64,000 bases of DNA from Candidatus Mcinerneyibacterium aminivorans (GTDB taxonomy: Bacteria; Macinerneyibacteriota; Macinerneyibacteria; Macinerneyibacteriales; Macinerneyibacteriaceae): NCBI GenBank assembly GCA_008086245.1, contig VSIX01000004.1, positions 6,988 through 70,987 on the forward strand, in the 5' to 3' direction. This document shows, in pieces, positions 57,276 to 64,000 of the stretch. The position numbers and the translations under genes were made by a program. Each line of letters starts with the position of its first letter. Position 1 is the stretch's first letter. A model generated the notes under the pieces. The model was not told the origin of the DNA and searched no databases. It worked only from the letters and a program-made list of their open reading frames with translations.

Positions 57276-58319
57276 TTGAAGACATTAGAGATTTTAAAAT
57301 CATTAACAGAATCTTCAGGGATTTCGGGGGATGAACAGGAAGTAGCAGAGCTGGTTAGAAAGTTTTTTTCCCAAAATGCCGATAAAGCCTATTTGGATAA
57401 ATTTAAGAATGTAATTGGTTACAAGAAAGGGATAACCTCAGAAGGGAAAATTATGTTTGCATCTCATATAGACCAGATAGGAATGATGGTAAACAAAATT
57501 GATAAGAATGGTTTTATTTATTTTGTACCTATTGGGGGACATGATCCAAGAGTACTTGTGGGGCAAAATGTTTTAATTTTTGGAAAAGAGAAAATAAAGG
57601 GAGTAATAGGATCAACTCCTCCCCATTTACAGAAAAAGGAAGACCAAAACAAGGTAACTCCCATTGAAAATCTATATATCGATACGGGATTAAAAAAGGA
57701 GTTTGTTGAAAAGAATGTTTCGGTTGGAGATACCATAGTGTTTGATACAGCGGGAGCTGAATTACAAAATAATAATATGGCATCTCAGGCGATGGATAAC
57801 AGAGCTGGAGTTGTTGTTCTGGTAGAAACACTTAATGAGCTAACTAAAATGAAACATAATTGGGATGTATTTATGGTGGGAACATCACAGGAAGAAGTAG
57901 GCGTAAGGGGAGTTTCAACATGTACCTATGAAATAAAACCCGATGTTGGCGTGGTTATCGATGTAACATTTGGGTATTCTCCAGGAGCAAAAAAACATAA
58001 GGTCTATAAACTTAATAAAGGAGGGACCATTGCTTCGGGTCCAAATTTTCATCCATTTCTGACTAAAAAACTGAAAGAAATTGCTAATGAATGGGAGATT
58101 CCTTTTCAAAGCTCTTTTGCCGCTAGACCAGGAGGAACAGATGCATATTCTATGCAGATTTCGGGAGAAGGGGTTCCAGTTGTTCAAATGGGGATACCGC
58201 TTAGGTATATGCATACCACAGTTGAGACTTTAAACATTAAAGATATCAAAAGAATGGCAAAAATATTAGCAATTTTTGTTTCCAATGTTGATGATTTTTA
58301 TAAGGAGGTAAAGCATTGA
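57276..58319 (+). CDS. M42-family metallopeptidase (TET-like), paralog 1
   Basis: SHIDQIG, MDNR, QEEVG, IDVT and RYMHT motifs. Confidence 0.92.
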   Translation: MKTLEILKSLTESSGISGDEQEVAELVRKFFSQNADKAYLDKFKNVIGYKKGITSEGKIMFASHIDQIGMMVNKIDKNGFIYFVPIGGHDPRVLVGQNVLIFGKEKIKGVIGSTPPHLQKKEDQNKVTPIENLYIDTGLKKEFVEKNVSVGDTIVFDTAGAELQNNNMASQAMDNRAGVVVLVETLNELTKMKHNWDVFMVGTSQEEVGVRGVSTCTYEIKPDVGVVIDVTFGYSPGAKKHKVYKLNKGGTIASGPNFHPFLTKKLKEIANEWEIPFQSSFAARPGGTDAYSMQISGEGVPVVQMGIPLRYMHTTVETLNIKDIKRMAKILAIFVSNVDDFYKEVKH

Positions 58320-59356
58320 TTAGTTTATTAGAAAATTATTCAAACGCTTTTGGGGTTTCTGGATTTGAAGATGAGATTCGAAACCTAATAGAAACGGAAA
58401 TTAAGGATTATGTGGATGAAATAAAAACAGATTTCATGGGAAACCTGTATGCTTATAAAAATTCCAAAAAGAAGAATGCTAAAAAAGTTTTGGTAATTGC
58501 TCATATGGATGAAATAGGTTTTATGATAGATCATATAAATAAACAGGGATTTTTGAATTTTCAAAGAGTTGGAGGAATTGATCCGAGGCTGCTGGTTTCT
58601 AAAAAAGTTGTGATTGGAGAGGATAAAATTCCGGGAGTGATTGGAGCTAAACCAATTCATCTTCAAAAAAGAAGTGAATGGAAAAAACCTATTCCTTTAT
58701 CCAACCTTTATATTGATATAGGTGCAAGCAGCGAAAAAGATGCTAAAAAGGTTGTGAGCGAGGGGGATTTTGCTACTTTTGATACAGGATTTGAAATTCA
58801 GGAAGATACAGTTTCGGGTAAAGCTTTTGATGATAGAGCGGGCTGTGGCGTTATAACAGAGATTCTAAAAGGATTAGAAGAAAATGAATCTTATCCTGTG
58901 GATATTATTGCTGTTTTCACTGTGCAGGAAGAAGTGGGTCTTAGAGGAGCATCTGTTCTGGCTGAAAGAGTTAGACCGGATTATGTTCTTGCCTTTGAGG
59001 GCACAACGGCAGGGGATGTTCCGGATCAAGAAGATAGAGATCAAAGTCCATCAACAGAAATGAGAAAGGGACCTGCTATTACTGTAATGGATAGAACAAC
59101 AATAGGGTTTAGACAGCTAAAAGTTCACATAGAAAAGACTGCAGATAAATATGAGATTCCTTATCAATATAAAAGAACAGTTAGTGGGGGAACTGATATC
59201 GGAGTAATACATACCCAGGGGGGAATTCCCTCCATTGTCATTTCTACTCCTGTTCGTTATATTCATGCACCAAGAGGAATAATGGCAACTAAAGATTATG
59301 AAAACACAGTAAAATTAGCTATAAAAACATTAAAAGATTTTAAGGAGGTTTTATGA
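58316..59356 (+). CDS. M42-family metallopeptidase (TET-like), paralog 2
   Basis: AHMDEIG, FDDR, QEEVG, FEGT and RYIHA motifs. Confidence 0.92.
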   Translation: MISLLENYSNAFGVSGFEDEIRNLIETEIKDYVDEIKTDFMGNLYAYKNSKKKNAKKVLVIAHMDEIGFMIDHINKQGFLNFQRVGGIDPRLLVSKKVVIGEDKIPGVIGAKPIHLQKRSEWKKPIPLSNLYIDIGASSEKDAKKVVSEGDFATFDTGFEIQEDTVSGKAFDDRAGCGVITEILKGLEENESYPVDIIAVFTVQEEVGLRGASVLAERVRPDYVLAFEGTTAGDVPDQEDRDQSPSTEMRKGPAITVMDRTTIGFRQLKVHIEKTADKYEIPYQYKRTVSGGTDIGVIHTQGGIPSIVISTPVRYIHAPRGIMATKDYENTVKLAIKTLKDFKEVL

Positions 59357-60348
59357 AAAATCTAATTAAAGAGATTGTCGAAACTTTTGGACCTTCTGGA
59401 AGAGAAGATGATATAAGAGAAAAAATTGCCGGCTATATGAAAGCCTATGTGGATGAAATTAAGCAGGATTCCATGGGAAATTTGATTTGTATCAAAAAAG
59501 GCAAAGGTCCAAAAATAATGGTAGCTGCTCATATGGATGAAATCGGTGTTATAACTACCCATATAACAAAAAAAGGTTTTCTGAGATTTTCTTCTGTGGG
59601 AGGTGTTTCTCCGGTAAGATGCTTGTATCAAAGGGTAGTATTTGAAAATGGAGTTAAAGGTGTAATAGGAACCGAACCGGTTGATAAACTCTCCAAGCTA
59701 GATTTTGACAAGCTGTTTATAGATATAGGAGCTAAAGATAGAGAAGAAGCCCAGAAAATGATAAAGGAAGGGACATTTGGTGCTTTTACAAATCAGTATG
59801 ATGAGTTAAATGATTTAATGGTTGCCAAATCTATGGATGATAGAATAGGTTGTGCCGTTGCGATAAAAGCTGCTGAAAAACTTAAAAAGACCGATAATGA
59901 AATTTATTTTGTATTTACCACCCAGGAAGAAGTTGGGTTAAGAGGGGCCAAAGTATCTGCTTACAATCTGGAACCGGATTTGGGTATAGCTATAGATGTT
60001 ACAGGAAGCGGCGATACCCCGGAAGCACCGAAAATGCCCATGAAATTAAGAAATGGAGTGGCTATTAAGGTTAAGGATAGTTCTGTACTTGTTCCCAAAA
60101 AAGTTAAAGATTTTTTCATACAAGTTGCAGAGAAGAACCATATAGATTATCAGCTTGAAGTTCTTCAGTATGGGGGTACAGATGCAGGAGCCATCAACTT
60201 GACTAAATCCGGTATAATGGCGGGAGTTTTATCAATTCCAACAAGATATATTCATTCTGTTTCTGAGGTTCTTGCAGAATCCGACGTGAAAGCAACAGTA
60301 ACTTTATTGACAAAAATTCTTGAAAGTGATATAAAAAATTTGATTTAA
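59353..60348 (+). CDS. M42-family metallopeptidase (TET-like), paralog 3
   Basis: AHMDEIG, MDDR, QEEVG, IDVT and RYIHS motifs. Confidence 0.92.
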   Translation: MKNLIKEIVETFGPSGREDDIREKIAGYMKAYVDEIKQDSMGNLICIKKGKGPKIMVAAHMDEIGVITTHITKKGFLRFSSVGGVSPVRCLYQRVVFENGVKGVIGTEPVDKLSKLDFDKLFIDIGAKDREEAQKMIKEGTFGAFTNQYDELNDLMVAKSMDDRIGCAVAIKAAEKLKKTDNEIYFVFTTQEEVGLRGAKVSAYNLEPDLGIAIDVTGSGDTPEAPKMPMKLRNGVAIKVKDSSVLVPKKVKDFFIQVAEKNHIDYQLEVLQYGGTDAGAINLTKSGIMAGVLSIPTRYIHSVSEVLAESDVKATVTLLTKILESDIKNLI

Positions 60349-60357
60349 TAAAGAATG

Positions 60358-60385
60358 AAGGAGGGGGATTGTTTCCCACCTCCTT
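60358..60385 (+). terminator. GC-rich hairpin after the M42 operon (terminator or processing stem)
   Basis: AAGGAGG...CCTCCTT outer stem with GGGA/TTCCC inner pairing; only a short U tract follows. Confidence 0.45.
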
Positions 60386-60400
60386 TAAAAAAGAGGGTTT

Positions 60401-61366
60401 ATGAATATAGTTGAACCTATCTCATTAATAGGTAGATCCGAATCTTTAAAAAAAATTCGCAAAAAAATTAATCGAATTGCAAAATATGATGCCACTGTAT
60501 TAATAACGGGGGAAACAGGGGTAGGAAAAGAAATTGTAGCTAAAAGAATTCATCATCTAAGCAATAGAAAAGATAATAATTTTGTGCCCATTAATGTTGG
60601 AGCAATTCCCGATAACCTTCTGGAGTCCGAATTGTTTGGATATGAAAAAGGTGCCTTTACAGGAGCCACCCAAAGAAAAGTGGGCAAGCTGGAGATAGCT
60701 GATAATGGAAGTTTCTTTATGGATGAAATAGGAGAACTCCCCCATCATTTACAGGTTAAGCTGCTTAGAGCAATTCAAAATCAAACATTTCAAAGATTGG
60801 GGTCTGTTGAGACAATACAGGTTGATGTTAGATTTATTGCTTCAACAAATAGGGATCTGGAAGAAATGATTAAAAAGAAGAGATTTAGAGAAGATTTATA
60901 TTTTAGAATTAATGTTATATCAATAAAAATTCCTCCTCTTAGAGAAAGAAAAGAAGACATTCCCGTGCTTGTACGGTATTTTTTCAAAAATAAAATGGGA
61001 TATCTTCCCAAAATTGATAAAGAAGTTTTTATTTATTTGAAATCGTTTAACTGGTATGGAAATGTCAGGGAATTAATAAATAATTTAACAAGAATATCAA
61101 TTTTTTTGGAAAATGAAAAACATGTAAAACTCAGCAATGTTAAACCCTATGTTAAAACTGCAGATTTAAAAAATCCTGGCAAAAAAAATGATGAAAAATT
61201 TTGGGGACAACCCTATAAAAAAGCGGTCAAAAGCTTCAAAAAAAAATATATAATAAGTATGTTGAAAAAAAATAACTGGATACAAACCAAAACAGCAAAT
61301 GAAATGGGGATACAGCCTTCATATTTATCGAGATTAATCAGTAAATATAATATAAAAAGAGAGTAA
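60401..61366 (+). CDS. Sigma-54 enhancer-binding activator (AAA+ plus Fis HTH) with no N-terminal input domain
   Basis: GETGVGKE, ESELFGYEKGAFTGA, FMDEIGEL, FREDLYFRINV, WYGNVREL and a C-terminal HTH; the AAA domain starts at about residue 9. Confidence 0.93.
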   Translation: MNIVEPISLIGRSESLKKIRKKINRIAKYDATVLITGETGVGKEIVAKRIHHLSNRKDNNFVPINVGAIPDNLLESELFGYEKGAFTGATQRKVGKLEIADNGSFFMDEIGELPHHLQVKLLRAIQNQTFQRLGSVETIQVDVRFIASTNRDLEEMIKKKRFREDLYFRINVISIKIPPLRERKEDIPVLVRYFFKNKMGYLPKIDKEVFIYLKSFNWYGNVRELINNLTRISIFLENEKHVKLSNVKPYVKTADLKNPGKKNDEKFWGQPYKKAVKSFKKKYIISMLKKNNWIQTKTANEMGIQPSYLSRLISKYNIKRE

Positions 61367-61368
61367 TA

Positions 61369-64000
61369 TTATCGAATAATTTTATTGTAGTATTCGTTAA
61401 TTTCCTTTTCAAAGCTGGTGGTATCAATATTTTTTTTATATTTCATAATTATATCATAAAGTTCATTTTTTTTGACCGGTTTATTATTCATTTGCAATAT
61501 TTTATCTATCAGCTGCCTTTTTCTTTTTTTAGAATAATCTTTGCTGGAAATATCGTTTGCAATTTTTTCTAATTTAAGATTTAGATTTTTTAATTTTTTC
61601 ATTTTTTGTTGTGGGTTTTCTTCTTTTATAATATTTTCCATGGATTCTTTGAGATTTTTCAGCATTTTTTTGTATTTATTGAAATTATTATTTTTCATCA
61701 TTTGTTCAATATCGTTTTTTAAGCTTTTTTGATTTTCCATTATTTTATCCAGCTGATTTTTAAACTGCCTTGACTTGGCTTTTGAGCTTAATTGTTTTAT
61801 TTTTGAAAAAATTCTCTTCTGTTTCTTTTTTACCTTTTGAATTTTATTTAATAGATTTGAAAGATTAATCTGACTGGATTTCTTTTCAATATTTTTTAAG
61901 GATTTGATAATTAATCTATCTACTGAATCAATAGAATTTTTAATATTTTTAAAACTTAAATATCTGTTGATTTTCTGATATTTTCCAAGATATTTATTGA
62001 TTTCAAATAGAACAAAGTTGAATTTATTTAAAAGATTAGGGTCTAAATACATTATTCCTTCTTCAAAATTTAAAATTTCTTTTCGGTTTTTATTGAGTAT
62101 TTTTTCCGTTTTCCTTAAAAGGTCTATTGTTATTTCTTCTTCAATTAAAGAGTTTTTAATACTGTAGGACAACATGATTTGATCGCGTAAAATATCTAAA
62201 AGTTTATTTTTTAGTTTCTCTAAATTTTTCCCAGAAAGCAAGTTTTTTACTTTATTTAATTTATTTAAAAGTTCTTTTTTGTTTCCGGTTCTATTAAAAT
62301 TTTCTTCAGCTTTTTTATATTGTTCTGTATAATGATTTATCTTATTTTCAAATTTTTTTAATTTTTCTGAAATATCTGTTATATTATTTTCCTTTTCAAT
62401 TTTGTTAATTAGATCTTTTAGATTTTGCAATGTTTTTAATTTCTTTAATGCGTTAATGAAATTTTGAAGCGATTTTTGAAAAGTTTGGGATTTTTTGGAC
62501 AAAGAGTTAGATTTTTTCCTGAGTTTATTAATGTCAACTTCCTTTAACAGATTATTCAGTTCTTTAATCATTTTGTTTATTTCTTTGTTTGCATAATTTT
62601 CAATGAACTGCTGTTCTTCTTCTTTTAATAATTGCTTGTTCCTGTTAATATCATTTTTTATTTTTTCAAGGTGATTTTTGATATTTTGTATGTTTTCCTT
62701 TTGTTTGCTGTCCGGTTCGCCCTTTAGTTTAATATTCTTATTTAGTTCTTCTATTTCGTCCTGGATTTGTTTAAGTTTATTAAAGTTTTTTTGGTTTGTA
62801 TCTATATTTTTTTTATAACTCTTGTTTATATAATCTTTTATTTTATCATCATCCAGTTTCTCAAGTTTAATAGGATCTATTTTTGCAACCTGATTCTTTA
62901 TATCATAGACATCGATTTTCAGGCTGGTTTTTTCAATATTTTCAGGAAGTTTTATTTCATGGGATAGTATCTTGCTTTTTTTATTTAAAAAAAATGTTTT
63001 TATTTTTTTATTATTTAAATATATATTGCTTTTTTTAAGTTTGTAATCATCTCTTATTAAATATTTTATTTTTAGGTTTTTAAGGTTGTTTGTATAAACA
63101 TGATGGGAGGGATTTATTAATTTTATTAATGGAGGGGAGTCTTGAGTCATACTGTAATTGTATTTTGAAATTAGATACCGATTATTATTATAGGTGAAAT
63201 ATACTGAAAAATCCCCATTTTTCAATCTCTTTTTAATTCTAATATTTCTGCTATTTATTGAATGAGTTGTATTATTACTATTATCCTCTATTATAATATT
63301 TTGTACAGGTTTGGTCGTATTTGCTGTGAGTGTCCATAAGCTGTTTTCTAGAATAGGTTGATTGGCTTTTTGCAAGAAAAAGTTTGAAAAGTAGGGAGGG
63401 GGAAATATTTTTGTTTTTATTTTCCTTATTTTAGGAATTTTATTTACATTTATCTTATAGCTTATACTCCTATCGGAAAGTAAATATTTTATTTGTACAT
63501 CTTTTTTGGGTTTTATCTTATATTTTATTTCCTTCCCTTTAGTTTGTAACACCTTTTTGTTATCGATTAGTAGTTCTAATTTATCGGGTTTTGAGGAATA
63601 AAGCCATAGGTGAACTTCTTCATTTTCTGTTACATCGGATAATTGTTTTTTACAAAAAACTATTTTTTTTGTACTATCCAGATTATCAAGCAGGGGGATG
63701 TTGTAGCACATTAAAAGAACAGATGCCAACATAACAGAACTAAATGTTAGGAGATATTGTTTTAAATTATTAAAAAAAAGGGTTTTATAATTAATATTAT
63801 CTTTAAATATTTTTAAATTATCCGCTATTATTTTTTTTAATTTTTGATTATTTCTGTAAATGTAATTTTCAGTAATTTTTGGTGAGATACTATCAAGATA
63901 TTTTAAAAAGTGATTATAATTGAATTTCCAAAAAAGGAATAATATATATAAAAGGAAGATATGAAATATAAATTTAAAATTAATTGAAGTTAAATATAAA
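61369..64000 (-). CDS. Large membrane-anchored coiled-coil protein, partial (5' end beyond the window)
   Basis: The frame stays open upstream of the track ATG at 63732 to the window end (..IFLLYILFLFWKF.., a TM segment). An Ig-like middle part (QDSPPLIKLINP..YLIRDDYKL) is followed by long Lys/Gln/Asn-rich helices. Confidence 0.8.
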   Translation of the reverse strand, partial: LYLTSINFKFIFHIFLLYILFLFWKFNYNHFLKYLDSISPKITENYIYRNNQKLKKIIADNLKIFKDNINYKTLFFNNLKQYLLTFSSVMLASVLLMCYNIPLLDNLDSTKKIVFCKKQLSDVTENEEVHLWLYSSKPDKLELLIDNKKVLQTKGKEIKYKIKPKKDVQIKYLLSDRSISYKINVNKIPKIRKIKTKIFPPPYFSNFFLQKANQPILENSLWTLTANTTKPVQNIIIEDNSNNTTHSINSRNIRIKKRLKNGDFSVYFTYNNNRYLISKYNYSMTQDSPPLIKLINPSHHVYTNNLKNLKIKYLIRDDYKLKKSNIYLNNKKIKTFFLNKKSKILSHEIKLPENIEKTSLKIDVYDIKNQVAKIDPIKLEKLDDDKIKDYINKSYKKNIDTNQKNFNKLKQIQDEIEELNKNIKLKGEPDSKQKENIQNIKNHLEKIKNDINRNKQLLKEEEQQFIENYANKEINKMIKELNNLLKEVDINKLRKKSNSLSKKSQTFQKSLQNFINALKKLKTLQNLKDLINKIEKENNITDISEKLKKFENKINHYTEQYKKAEENFNRTGNKKELLNKLNKVKNLLSGKNLEKLKNKLLDILRDQIMLSYSIKNSLIEEEITIDLLRKTEKILNKNRKEILNFEEGIMYLDPNLLNKFNFVLFEINKYLGKYQKINRYLSFKNIKNSIDSVDRLIIKSLKNIEKKSSQINLSNLLNKIQKVKKKQKRIFSKIKQLSSKAKSRQFKNQLDKIMENQKSLKNDIEQMMKNNNFNKYKKMLKNLKESMENIIKEENPQQKMKKLKNLNLKLEKIANDISSKDYSKKRKRQLIDKILQMNNKPVKKNELYDIIMKYKKNIDTTSFEKEINEYYNKIIR

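Overview
64 kb of a very AT-rich bacterial chromosome. It is densely coding, has standard Shine-Dalgarno motifs and frequent TTG/GTG starts, and has an anaerobe-like gene content; the lineage cannot be assigned from sequence alone. No prophage, integrase, transposase, CRISPR array or rRNA was seen. From left to right the window contains: a sulfur-handling cluster (SLC13 permease, MBL-rhodanese, two YeeE/YedE proteins, DUF1622); a GH13 hydrolase; a giant pseudokinase-TPR-GGDEF protein; assorted metabolic genes and lipoproteins; a cNMP-LytTR regulator with direct repeats ahead of a divergent RelA/SpoT-type HD protein; a non-coding patchwork of 6-7 nt tandem repeats; a PAS-GGDEF; a TPR-PP2C; an S9 peptidase; and a hybrid histidine kinase. 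A minus-strand housekeeping run follows (HU/IHF, frameshifted YfcE-type phosphoesterase, GAF-GGDEF, tRNA-Pro(GGG), an atypical tRNA nucleotidyltransferase, ispA, GT2, pcm, an orphan DnaC/IstB-like ATPase). After it come an extended glucosylglycerate/mannosylglucosylglycerate-type operon led by a catalytically degenerate M20 protein, then surE with two stand-alone cNMP proteins and a PP2C, glf, folC, an ECF sigma, three M42 peptidases, a sigma-54 activator with no input domain, and a large coiled-coil protein that runs off the window end. The best candidates for undescribed biology are the cNMP-LytTR/HD module, the extended gpgS operon, the atypical CC-adding-like enzyme and the repeat patchwork. 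All family assignments come from motif recognition; no database search was run.
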